A DNA stretch of 63,471 nucleotides, the filler included, from Chiloscyllium plagiosum (Eukaryota): assembly GCF_004010195.1 (NCBI RefSeq). It is 3 parts of one record of this genome, joined end to end, with 100 filler letters (N's around TTAATTAATTAA, not from the genome) between each part and the next. Parts side by side here need not be neighbours in the genome. Positions count along the whole stretch, not along the records: positions 25,451 to 53,433 come from NC_057716.1; 2 more parts are not named here. One strand, given 5' to 3'. Below, one piece after another: positions 25,646-36,739 of this stretch. The notes beneath the pieces were generated by a model. It had not been told where the DNA came from. It ran no database searches and worked only from the letters and a program-made list of their open reading frames with translations. The first letter of the stretch is position 1. Each line of letters starts with the position of its first letter. The translations under genes and the position numbers were made by a program.

Positions 25646-26863
25646 GGTCATGATTTGAAGGTGCCGGTGTTGGTCTGGGATGTACAAAGTTAAAAATCAC
25701 CCAACACCAGGTTATAGTCCAACAGGTTTATTTGGAAGCACTAGCTTTCGAAGCGCTGCTCCTTCATCAGGTGATTGTGGAGAATAAGATCATAAGACAC
25801 AGAATTTATAGCAAACGTTTATGGTGTGATGTATCTGAAGTTAATATATTGAAAAAGAAAAGACCTGCCTGTTAAGTCTCTCATCTTTTAGAATGACCCA
25901 TGTTGATTTCAGTTCTTTCATATGTTAATCCCAGAACATTTTTCAAGTTACATTCTCAAGTAAACTTTAATGATAGGTGTCATGTCGACCCAGATAATCC
26001 ATTGATTTGGAGATGCCGGTGTTGGACTGAGGTGTACAAAGTTAATGAAGGAATGGCGCTCCGAAAGCTAATGTTTCCAATAGCAGACAATCAATTTTTC
26101 AATGTATAACTTCAGTTACATCACACTGTAAATTTTTTGCTAAAAAATTCTGTGTGTTAGGATTGAGCCCTCTACTGTCACCTGATGAAGGAGCGACACT
26201 CCGAAACCTAGTGTGCTTCCAATTAAACCTGTTGGACTATAACCCGGTGTTGTGTGATTTTTAACTTCATAATCCATTGAAGGTGTGAGCTGCCCTGTGT
26301 GAGGCTGTCTGTGCCCTAATGGTCAGACTGATTCTAATCTAAAACAAGGGATTTACAGAACCTTACGTGGATTCATGTAGTTTTTTGAGCAAAATAAAAT
26401 GTAATTCTGCAAGTACAAATAAACCCCACAAATTTATATGTGTGTGTGCAGGGGGTATGAGCGTCTATGAGAGAATGTGTGAGTATAAGAGGGTATACGT
26501 CTGTGAGAGGGTGTGTGGGAGTGTATGTGTGAGCATATGAGAGAGAGCTTGTTTATGAGAGAGGGTCTGTGTGAGTGTATGGGTCTGTAGGAGTGTGTGT
26601 GTGCCTGTCTGTAGGATGTGTGTTCTGGATTAGTGGTGCTAGAAGAGCACAGCAGTTCAGGCAGCATCCAAGGAGCAGTAAAATCGACGATTCGGGCAAA
26701 AGCCCTTCATCAGGAATACAGGCAGAGAGCCTGAAGCGTGGAGAGATAAGCTAGAGGAGGGTTGGGGTGGGGCGAAAGTAGCAATAGGTGAATGGGGGAG
26801 GGGATGAAGGTGATAGGTCAGGGAGGAGGGTGGAGTGGATAGGTGGAAAAGAAGATAGGCAGG

Positions 26864-26952
26864 NNNNNNNNNNNNNNNNNNNNNNNNNNNNNNNNNNNNN
26901 NNNNNNNNNNNNNNNNNNNNNNNNNNNNNNNNNNNNNNNNNNNNNNNNNNNN
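26864..26952. other. Scaffold gap (89 N)
   Basis: Plain N run with no spacer. Confidence 0.95.
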
Positions 26953-27367
26953 CCCGCCTCAGGCGACTGACTGTGTGGAGTTTGCACTTTCTCCCCGTGT
27001 AAATGTAGGGGTATGGGTGGTTTGCGCTTCGGTGGGTCGGTGTGGACTTGTTGGGCCGAAGGGCCTGTTTCCACACTGTAAAGTAATCTAATCTAATCAC
27101 CTTCCACCATGTACATGGCAGGTACTCATGTAACTCGGCCAGCGTTGTCTATCTCATACATTACAGGCAAGGATGCCCTGAGGCATGGTACATTGGTAAG
27201 ACTGAGCAGAGGCTGTGGCAAAAGTTGGATGGACATGGCACAACAATCAACAGACAGGAGTGTTCCCTCCCAGTCAGGGAATACTTCAGCAGTCCAGGAC
27301 ATTCAGCCTCGGACCTTGGGATGATCATCCTCCAAGGCAGACTTTGGACAGGCAACAACAAAAGTGG

Positions 27368-27492
27368 TAAAAACAATGACTGCAGATGCTGGAAACCAGA
27401 TTCTAGATCAGTGGTGCTGGAAGAGCACAGCAATTCAGGCAGCATCCGAGGACAGGCAAAATCGACGTTTCGGGCAAAAGCCCTTCATCAGG
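27368..27492 (-). mobile_element. Penelope-derived mini-element (family A) with 14-bp TSD
   Basis: TSD AACAACAAAAGTGG at 27354-27367 and 27493-27506. Inserted in the GIY-YIG coding remnant. Confidence 0.82.
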
Positions 27493-27494
27493 AA
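27461..27494 (-). ncRNA. Minimal hammerhead ribozyme motif (family A)
   Basis: Minus strand reads TTC-CTGATGA-A-GGGC(TTTT)GCCC-GAAA-CGTC-GAT. Confidence 0.7.
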
Positions 27495-28191
27495 CAACAA
27501 AAGTGGCCAAGTAGAGGCTGACAGCTAAGTTCAGTACCCATGGGGATGGCCATAACCGGGACCCAAGGTTCATGCCACACTGCAGGTGACCCCACTGCAC
27601 TAGACGCATACACAGACACTCCTACAGGCACACACACACACACTCTTATGGGCAGGCATACACTCCTACAGAACCATGCAGTCACGGAGACCTCTCATAC
27701 ACAAGCTCAAACGCATCCTCTCACAGACGTATACCTCTTTACACTCACATTCACACACATTCCCATACACACACTCTCTCACAGACATTCATACACCCTG
27801 CACACACACACACCCACATACAAATAAGTTTGTGGGGTGAATTTATACTTGCAGAATTACATTTCATTTTGCTCAAAAACTGCATGGATCCATGTAAGAT
27901 TCTGTAAAAATTTTTTAAAGATGAGAATCAGTCTGAACATTGGGGCACAGACAGCCTACACCTTCAATTCATTATCTGGGCCGCCTTGACAGCTGTTAAA
28001 GTTCACTTGAGAATGTAATTTGTAAAAAGTTCTGGGATTAACATATGAAAGAACTGAAACCAACATGGTCATTCTAAGAGATGGGAGACTTAACAACCAA
28101 ACCAGGTCTTTTTCAATATATTAATTTCAGGTCCATCACACTGTAAACTTTTGCTATAAATTCTGTGTCTTATGATCTTATTCTCCACAAA

Positions 28192-28224
28192 CACCTGATG
28201 AAGGAGCAACGCTCCGAAAGCTAG
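28192..28224 (+). ncRNA. Minimal hammerhead ribozyme motif (family B)
   Basis: CAC-CTGATGA-A-GGAGC(AAC)GCTCC-GAAA-GCTA-G. Similar copies lie at 26179-26213 (+) and about 25741-25773 (-). Confidence 0.65.
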
Positions 28225-28311
28225 CACTTCCAAATAAACCTGTTGGACTATAACCTGGTGTTGGGTGATGTTTAAATTCAAAGTCAGCCCCTCCAGCCAG
28301 CGGCCCCAAGG

Positions 28312-28915
28312 GTGACATGTGGGAGGCGGGATCAGTGGTCAGCCAATCAATGAGGAGGGGTGGGGTCGGCATCAAGAGTGACATGTGGGAGGCGGGATCA
28401 GTGGTCAGCCAATCATTGAGGAGGGGTGGTATCACCCAGTGTAGGGTCGGCATCAGGAGTGACATGCGGGAGGCGGGATCAGTGGTCAGCCAATCAATGA
28501 GGAGGGGTGGGGTCGGCATCAAGAGTGACATGTGGGAGGCGGGATCAGTGGTCAGCCAATCATTGAGGAGGGGTGGTATCACCCAGTGTAGGGTGGGCAT
28601 CAGGAGTGACATGCGGGAGGCGGGATCAGTGGTCAGCCAATCCACGAGGAGGGGGCGGGGTCATCCGGTGTAGGGGGCGGCACCAAGTGGTGACATGCGG
28701 GAGGCGGGATCTGTAGTCATCCAATCCACGAGGAGTCATCCGGTGTTGGGGGCGGCACCAAGGTGGGTGACATGCGGCGGGGGGGCGGGATCAGTAGTCA
28801 GCCAATCAATGAGGAGGGGTGGGGTCATCCAGTTATAGGGTCGGCATCAAGGGTGACATGCGGCGGGGGGCGGGATCAATAGTCAGCCAATCCATGAAGA
28901 CGGGGTGGGGTCAGC
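28312..28915 (+). promoter_or_regulatory. HACD2 promoter tandem array: 8 units of GTGACATG / GGCGGGA / CCAAT / G-rich box
   Basis: GTGACATG starts at 28312, 28378, 28459, 28525, 28606, 28690, 28767 and 28853 (spacings 66, 81, 66, 81, 84, 77, 86). Each unit has GGCGGGATC and CCAATC. The array ends about 50 bp before the ATG. Confidence 0.85.
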
Positions 28916-28926
28916 CTGGGGGTAGA

Positions 28927-28944
28927 TACTGCGCAGGCGCAGTA
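28927..28944. promoter_or_regulatory. NRF1-type palindromic site
   Basis: TACTGCGC-AG-GCGCAGTA contains TGCGCAGGCGCA, an NRF1 consensus variant, just upstream of the HACD2 ATG. Confidence 0.7.
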
Positions 28945-28966
28945 GTTCAGTGACGGTTTGATCACC

Positions 28967-29094
28967 ATGGCGTCGGCTGGGACTGGGCTCGAACATCAAC
29001 GTGGGGCTCATGAAGGGCCGCAGAGGAAACGAAGGGGCCCGGGACCCCTCGCCACTGCTTACATGGTCATCTACAACGTGGTAATGACGGCCGG
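28967..29094 (+). CDS. HACD2: HACD2 (very-long-chain 3-hydroxyacyl-CoA dehydratase 2, PTPLB) coding exon 1
   Basis: Kozak-context ATG (CACCATGG). Translates [43 protein letters not shown], matching the HACD2 motif [20 protein letters not shown]. Ends GG|gtgaga (phase 2). Confidence 0.95.
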
Positions 29095-30618
29095 GTGAGA
29101 GCTTGCACTTGTTACGCCGGGTTCCAGACCGATCCCAGTCCGCTATTCCGGCCCAGGGACTGTTGGCAAATTACCATTTCTCTCGATAAGCGTCTAAAAG
29201 CCGCTGCTATCCCTCAGTGTTGACTTAATTATTATCATAATAATGCAATAGGTTTAGTAATGAATGACTTTCCAAATCCAAACCACGTTACTCCTCCGTG
29301 TTCCCCTCTCTTGCTGGATTATTTCCTATTTCTGAAAGGTTCCTAAGTGAGTGACCCTATTACAGTGGCCCTGGGAGGGAAACGGCTGTTATTTGCGGGA
29401 CTTGCATTTTAAATGCAGCAAGGGTCGGCACATTAGCGCATCGGAAGAAAAAAATAAATCCTTTTTCTTTCCTTCCACCGAAACCGCATGTGCGCTAGTG
29501 ATTAAGTACGTCCAGGTGCTAATTGCTGGTGAATACTGTTATAACGCGACAGCGAACTTTGTTCTGCTTTTCTGTTCCCGTGTTACGAAACCCAACTGAT
29601 TTCGTTCTGTCATAACTCTACTCTTCGGGTCTTTGGGTGGTACAGATTGAACTTGCCGCTGAACGAAGTTGGCAAGCTTTGTAGGCAATAGTGAAAGCAA
29701 ACTAGGGGCTTGGTACATATTTTACTGGAGATTTTGGAGCAAATGTGTTTTCTCCAAATGGCAGCCATCAGCAAGCAAGTTGACTCTCTGTCCTTGGATT
29801 GAAACTAACGATTTTTTTTTGCCAGTTTGTCCTTTGCAGTATATGCAAAAGTTGACATTTCACTTTCCTTGGGGAGAAAGGAATGTTTAAGGTTATCAAA
29901 AGATGTCTTTATTTATAGCCCTCTCAATTGTGACTTTTGCATGCAATGCAGTAACTTGTAATTATGTGCTGATTATTCTGTAACAGATCATTGTGAGATG
30001 AGACATTTTGGGAGGGCAACAAGACAATGGAGTACTCATTGAATGGTAGGACTCTAGGAAGTACAAAGCATCCTATGTGTACATGTCTACAGATCCCTGA
30101 AGGCAGCAGGGCAAGTAGATAAAGTGGTTAAAAGGCATATTGGGTGTAATGTTTATTTGTTAGGCCACAATGTTCTTGTCACTGGACTATAGGGTAGGAT
30201 GTGATTACACTAGAGAGGCTGAGGAAGAAATTTTACCAAGATATTTCCTTGGCTGGATTAATTCAGCTATGAAGGGAGACTAGATAGACTGGGATTGTTT
30301 TCTTTAGAGCCAGTAAAGCTGAGAGGTGTGGGGGCTGGGGAAGGGCTGATCTGAAATGTTTAGAGGGGCAATGATAGAGATTAGTTTAGTTCTCTACAGA
30401 ATAGAAACAGGCCACTAGGCCCAACAAGTCCACCTAGCACTATGGGCAACTTAGCATAGCCTGCACAGCTTTGAATTATGGAGGAAACCCAGACACTGGG
30501 AGAATGTCTGTGTGGTGTCTGCACAGTCACCCAAGGCGTGGATCGAACCTGGGTCCTTTGTGCTGAGGCATTAGTGCTAGCCACAGTGCCGCACTTAAAT
30601 AGGAATGTATACCTATCC

Positions 30619-30828
30619 GGGAGAAAGTGAGGACTGCAGATGCTGGAGATCAGAGCTGAAAATGTGTTGCTGGAAAAGCGCAGCAGGTCAGGCAGCATCC
30701 AAGGAGCAGGCGAATCGACGTTTCGGGCATGAGCCCTTCAGGAATCTTTTTCGGGCCTGAGCCCTTCCTCAAGCAGGGCTCATGCCCGAAATGTCGATTC
30801 TCCTGCTCCTTGGATGCAGCCTGACCTC
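30619..30828. mobile_element. Penelope-derived hairpin mini-element (family A)
   Basis: Flanked by ATGTATACCTATCC (30605-30618) and ATGTATACTATCC (30829-30841). Confidence 0.72.
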
Positions 30829-31060
30829 ATGTATACTATCCCTTTGGTTAATAACCAGAAGCATGGTTTTAAGGCTAGGCGCAGGAGATTTAGAGGTGAT
30901 TTGAGAAAAATATTGTTACCTGAAGTTTGTGGGGTGTCAGGAACGCTACCTAATATATTGGTATAGATGGGACTCCTCAAGACACTTAAGAGCTACTTTG
31001 ATGAACACTTGACATGCCATAGCATTCAAGGCTGAGGGATAAGTGCTGGAAAATGGGATG

Positions 31061-31143
31061 ATGAAGGGTTTATGACCATAACATCGATTCTCCTGCTGCT
31101 TGGATGCTGCCTGACCTGTGCTTTTCCAGCACCACACTCTTGA
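31061..31143 (+). mobile_element. Penelope-derived mini-element (family A) with 15-bp TSD
   Basis: TSD CTGGAAAA(T/C)GGGATG at 31046-31060 and 31144-31158. Confidence 0.72.
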
Positions 31144-34100
31144 CTGGAAAACGGGATGGTTTGACTGGCATAGACACAATGGGCCAAAGAGCCTCTTTGT
31201 TTGACAAAGTAAAAAGGCTCTTGAAGGAAATAAACATCTTTTTTCTAAACAAAAAAAAAAGCAGAAAGGCTTTTGTAGGGTATTGGGATCTCTCCAGACA
31301 TGTAGTGACTGTAGGAAACTGTGGCAGCCAATTCATGTGCATTCAGTTTCCATAAACATTGCAGGAATAAAATCTTCTAGATGATGATGATTGAGGATAA
31401 ATGTTGACCAGGACACCAACTCTGGGAGTTTGAAGGGAGCATAGGAACAAAAGGAGCCATTTTGCACTTGAGTCCTGTTCACCATTAAATAAAATAATGG
31501 TTGATCAGTGACCAAGCTCCACATACCTAAATTTACCCTATATCCCTTTAGGTTTTTGATAATACCATTGCTTGTCAATCTGAATTTTTAAAATCCATAA
31601 TTGATGTCACATTAATTACTCTTTGGGTATGAAATTACAAACTTCTACTAAACAGACATGCAAGTTAAGAGCAGGATGAAGCCATTCAGCCCCTCTAGCC
31701 TGTCCCCACCCACCCCCCCATTAATAAGGTCATTGTAATCTGTAGTTCACATTTCAGTCAGTCCCTGATAAGTATGGATCTGAAGGTTATCAAGAATCGA
31801 GACACCCATTTTAAAAACATTTAGAGAACTCCATCTTTGAAACTTTTCTAATCTGCTAAAATGTATTTTTTGGTAGTTGCTTTTCTGTTAATGTTTAATT
31901 AGTTTTTCTTTGTGTCTGATTTTAAAGACACTTTATAACAAGGTGCAAACTTCAATGAGCTTCAGAATGAATTTTCTTTTAATTATTAAGCAGACCTGGA
32001 ATTCAGACGTGATTACCCTCTGCATTTACTCCAGTATTGCTAACCTCATACATTGTCCTCATAAATGAGTCTATTTTAGGAAAGTGCCAAGAGATTACAC
32101 TTGTCCAATTATCAGTGCCTTCTGCCTTTGTTGCAGTACAGAGTGTTGGAGAAACAAAGGGGGGAGGGTGGCAGAAAAAAGAAAAATAGCAAATATCTTT
32201 TCCTGATTGGAAATGGAAACCTAACAAGCACTCCCCCAATCTGCTGCCTCAGTCAGTAAGGGGTAGCTGACCTCTTGTTGACTTGAGGTTTATATTATTT
32301 GGTTTGCAACCTTAAACATTTGTGGCAGCAGAATAATACAGCAGGTGTGAGATGGTTGAAGTCATGTGTTACTATTAATAATGTCCAAAAATGCTTGTCT
32401 TTACATAAATGACCTGAATATCACTGAAAAGAGATATGTTGCTGGCGTTTAAAATATGATGTTCTTAGATTCACATGCCCTATTTCAAGGAATAGAGTAT
32501 GAGTGGGTAGAATAGTGTTTTCCAAATTTTGACCATGAGCCCACTTGATGTCTTATATTGACCCTGTCACCTCACTTAAAAACTGAAAACTTGGAGGGAA
32601 AATTCTATGAAAGCAGAGGTCAGTAGGGAGAAGATAAGTGAGAGAGGAGTCGGAGTTCCCCAGCAGTCATTGCTGTCCTGGAGTTTGGAACTCCCAATTT
32701 CATTTTGTGACTTCCACTGTGCTTCTGACCTCCACTTTGGGAAGCCCTGGGATTGAATCATAGTTATATACAGAGCCCTGATTAAACCACAGATAGATCA
32801 CTGCGCAGAATATAGGTGTGACTAGGTCAGCATTTATTTACCATCTAATTGCACTAGTGAAAGTGATACTAAGCTGCCTTCTTGAAATGTGACTGTCCGA
32901 GGGGTACAAGTGCACCTGTAGTGTTAGTTACTAATTCCAGGATTTTGACCCAGTGACAGTGAGGAACAGTGATACTTTCAAGTCAGGATGGTATGGGGCT
33001 TGGTGTTCCCCACATTTTTGCTGCCCTTTCCTTTCTAGTTGGCAGTGATTGCTGGTTTGGAAGGACCTGTGTAGGCACACATGGGATGCAAGTTGGGAAA
33101 AGCTGCAAGTCTTTTGAAGGTGTCTGGGCAAATTAATAAGCCAGTAACCGAAATGTAAGCATTTTCAGCGATATGCATAAAAGTCAAAGAAAGTCATGTT
33201 AAACCTTTACAAATCCTTGATTAGGTGTCTAATGGAGTGCTCTTGACAATTCTGAACACTGCTGTTTAGGAAGAATTTCCATGTCTTAGAGGAGATTCTG
33301 GAATGTTTAGCAGCATAATGCCAAAGACAAAGGGCTTTCTCATTACGTGGACAACTTAGAGAACCTGAGATTGTTTCCCCTTGGAGTATGAAAGGTTAAG
33401 GTGTTGGAAATGAATGGCAGTATTCAGAAAATCACGTTTAGATTAAGGAAGGAGGAGAAAGTCTTAGGTTTAAAATAATTTGCAAAAAAACCTAGAAAGG
33501 AGATGTTCTTACGTAGTGGGTTGTTAAGATCTGGGGCAAGTTACTTTTTTTCTAAAATGCAACATGGGTTGGGCCAGCATTTATTGCTCATCCCTGGTTG
33601 CCTTGAGTAGCTAATAGTGAGCTGTTATCTTGAACCTTTGCAGTCCATGTGCTTGAGTGGCAGATTCTGAAGGGGCTTCCTGAAAGGCAGTAATGAAGTG
33701 GAATGTTGATTTGATGTGGAATAACTTGGAAGGAAAGAGCTGGAGTGTGAACCTAAATTAGACAACTTTTTTTTAAACAGATATAAAAACCCAACAAACT
33801 GTGGATGTTGTAAATCAAAATCAAAAACAAAAACAAAACCTGCTGAAAAAGCTCAGCAGGTCTGGCAGCATCTGTAGAGAGAAATCAAAGTTAATGTTTT
33901 GGGACTGGTGACCCTTGCATAGAACTGCCAGACTTGCTGAGCTTTTCCAGCAATTCTTGTTTTTTGTTCTTGGCATAGGTATGCTGGGCTGAATGGTTTT
34001 AGACTTTTAAGATTCTGCATGACCATTCAAAACCAGGTCCAGGCTCAGCTGTCATGACTCCCTGCTGTGTCTGGACAATCTATTAACTATATCTATCTAT

Positions 34101-34257
34101 TAATTGTTCTGGCTTGGAGACTGCAGATATCCGGAATTGTAAAGTGGTCTTAGTGACCATCGCAACAATGACCAATTATTGTTTGTTTTAATCTATCTGG
34201 ATCCCTCGCGTCCTTCAGGGAAGGAAATCTGTTGTTCTTGTGTTTGAAGTACCAATT

Positions 34258-35140
34258 TGAGACGGCTTGGGAATCTCGGGACTTGACCTACAAGCCTCTC
34301 TTGGTTCATCCCGGAGATTGTACTCTGTGGTAGTCTGGAATATAAAACTCTTACAGACAGTTTAGTTTAAATTACTACCTTTTTTATTTACCAGTGGCAT
34401 CTATGTTACCCTATAAGATAGATACCTACAAGCCAGGCTTGAACTAAGGTTCTACCTCTATTGGCAGATTAGCAGTGCCAGCTCTTACCCCTAAGAGCGC
34501 TCTCAGGCTACTCTCCTTATTGCTGCAAACAAGCTATCTTTTATACAGAATTTGGTATTAAAGTTACAAAAACGCCACATGTCCTTAATCAGATAAGGAC
34601 CAATAAAATGGCAAAAAATTTGCAGAAGAAGAGGAACTCATTGACAGGTTTGTGTATGCTTGACGAATTAAGCTGCTTGCATGTCAAAGTGGGAAACCTT
34701 GATCAAGCCAGGCCCCAAGTGGCCGATTGCTTTGGCTTGATAACATTTCCTTTTAACTGTGCATCATAATAAGGAACTAGTCTAAACTATGTGGAAAGGT
34801 CATGAGGTAAACTTGCTCAGCTAACATGTCTAATATCATTGTCCTACAGAATGGCTTTTTCTTTTAAAATCATCTTTGATTCCCCAGAATGCAAATTCAA
34901 TTCATAACATTCCCAGATGTCGAGCTCCAGGGCGCAGCGCACAAACATTCAATCCATGACAAACCAATGTTCACTCAAATCAGACCACAAAGTTACTCTT
35001 TCCACTGGCTTCAGTCCTGGCTGTCTGTCCCTGACACCCCTCAGTCAGTGAATGAAATGCCCCCCTCCCCAGCTGCCGGTCAAGCACTTACCTGCATTTC
35101 CTTAGCAGATGTATAACATGTAAGGCTGCAAACTTTCTCA
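34258..35140 (-). mobile_element. LTR-like insertion inside a SINE
   Basis: TGAGA...TCTCA termini, with minus-strand TATAAAA (34539-34545) upstream of AATAAA (34383-34388). It interrupts a SINE that stops at about 34240 and resumes at about 35149. No TSD found. Confidence 0.45.
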
Positions 35141-35546
35141 CTTAATAAACGTGACTGCAGATACACAGTAATGTGCGGTTGACTCTGAACTGTCCTCTGG
35201 AATAGCCAAGCAAAGCACTTAGTTCAAAGGCAATTGGGGATGGATAACAGATGCTGGTTTTGGCGGCAGTGCCTACATCCCATAAGAGTATAAAGAAAGA
35301 GTCATTGGTGTTGAGACAGGCATGAAACTGTTGGGACTCTTGTGAAGGGGAGCTGCAACTGATGTGGGTGAAGACAACTTAACACTGTGCAAGTAGGAAC
35401 TGCTGCTCCAATACTGTAGCTAAATAAATTGGATTAACCAAAAGAGAGATCCTGGTGCCCTTAATGGCTCTGACACCAGGTTTACTGCTGAGCAGATTGA
35501 TGTCACAGTACAGCAATTTTATTTGATAAATATTCTGTTTCTTCAG

Positions 35547-35664
35547 GTGGTTGGTCATCGCAGTGGGTTTGATCCGAGCTGGCTTGGCAAGGGGCACATA
35601 CCATGGTCTTTATTATTCCATCGAGAAGCCACTGAAGTTCTTTCAGACAGGAGCGTTGCTGGAG
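35547..35664 (+). CDS. HACD2: HACD2 coding exon 2 (118 nt)
   Basis: Acceptor tgtttcttcag, donor GAG|gtgggt. Encodes (G)[39 protein letters not shown], in frame with exon 1. Confidence 0.96.
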
Positions 35665-36039
35665 GTGGGTAACACATATGGTCTCCTTTTATGGAGAGCA
35701 GTTATGGCTGGGGCCTCCTTTGGCATGATGTGATAAACATGTTGTAATATTTATTTCACTCAACTTGTGCTGTTGCAGAGTTTGTAGCTCAGCAATTCTG
35801 TTGTACCTCTGGTAATGGCAGCACTGCTTATTATTCAAAATTGATGTAACCCTTTATGAACACATCAACCACCTTGTATCTTAGAACCAAGCAGGGATTG
35901 TGTAATGTTTCTGCCCCTATTGGATGGTGCAAGAACTGTCAATTGCTTAGTTGTTTTGGTACTGAAACTTTGCTGGTTAATGCCTGGCTATATTGTGGTT
36001 AATCTACACAAACCACAGGAGGACTTTGGTGTGCAGGTT

Positions 36040-36330
36040 AAGATTAGATTCTCTACGGTGTGGAAACAGGCTCTTCAGCCCAACAAGTCCACACCGCCCC
36101 TCCGAAGAGAAACCCATTCCAGTACCTGATATTTACCCCTGACTAACACACTTAACACTGTGGGCAATTTAGCATGACCTGCACATCTTTGGATTGTGGG
36201 AGGAAACCAGAGCACCCAGAGGAAACCCACGCAGACACGGGGAGAATGCGCAAACTCCACACAGACAGGTGGGAATCGACCCTAGTGCTGTGAGGCAGCA
36301 GTGCTAACCACTGAGCCACCGTGCTGCCCA
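36040..36330 (-). mobile_element. HE1/V-SINE-like SINE
   Basis: Reverse-complement copy in HACD2 intron 2. Confidence 0.82.
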
Positions 36331-36739
36331 CAAAGAACTTCAGCTTTATTCAAATAACCTGAAGAGAGTCTACCTTAGGCTGGCTAAACAGAATTGCCTG
36401 TTGTCTGTCTGACACATGCAGATAACCATCAACCTTTTATAGCCCTGTCATTACATATGCATATGTTGCTTACCTTTCATTTTTTACTATAAACAGAAAT
36501 CTTCAGTCCTAGTCTTTCTCTTATTCTGTCTACAGGAATCTGTTTGCACTTTTGTATGCTGCCAAGGCTGTTACAGGCCTTAGATTCCTTTTCAGTCACA
36601 CCCCCTGGCATGGACCCTTGTGGTGATCAAAGTTTACGTCTGCAAAAAATGTGCCTTACAGTACTAGCTTGTAAGATATCAACTTACTCCTGCTGTGATT
36701 TCTTTTAATATAAAATCTTATTTAATTCCCACTACATCT

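Larger units (their letters stand above)
27105..27589 (+). mobile_element. Penelope-like retroelement C-terminal GIY-YIG endonuclease remnant, interrupted by a mini-element at 27368-27492
   Basis: Translates HHVHGRYSCNSASVVYLIHYRQGCPEAWYIGKTEQRL..LPVREYF..GHS..DL and, after the insertion, DGHNRDPRFMPHCR*. VVY..YIG and a GxN motif are typical of PLE endonucleases. Confidence 0.85.
25650..28280. mobile_element. Penelope-like element with inverted terminal copies (large imperfect palindrome)
   Basis: About 25700-26000 is the reverse complement of about 27975-28270, and about 26270-26620 of about 27640-27975. The GIY-YIG remnant lies between them. Nested SINE and mini-element insertions and an N gap sit in the middle. 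Confidence 0.75.
28290..29670. promoter_or_regulatory. CpG-rich island over HACD2 promoter, exon 1 and start of intron 1
   Basis: CG dinucleotides are visibly dense compared with the CpG-depleted flanks (judged by eye, not computed). Confidence 0.7.

Noticed and set aside
28178..28673. Repetitive ORFs of 155 aa (-) and 118 aa (+)
   Set aside because: By-products of the promoter tandem array, whose 66- and 81-bp units are multiples of 3. No coding evidence.
28312..28915. Possible CRISPR-like array
   Set aside because: Eukaryotic DNA, whole units are repeated with no unique spacers, and there are no cas genes.
35551..35733. ORF-track extensions of HACD2 exons (also 52338-52700)
   Set aside because: They read through splice donors or use the wrong frame. 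The true exon limits are set by splice sites and homology.
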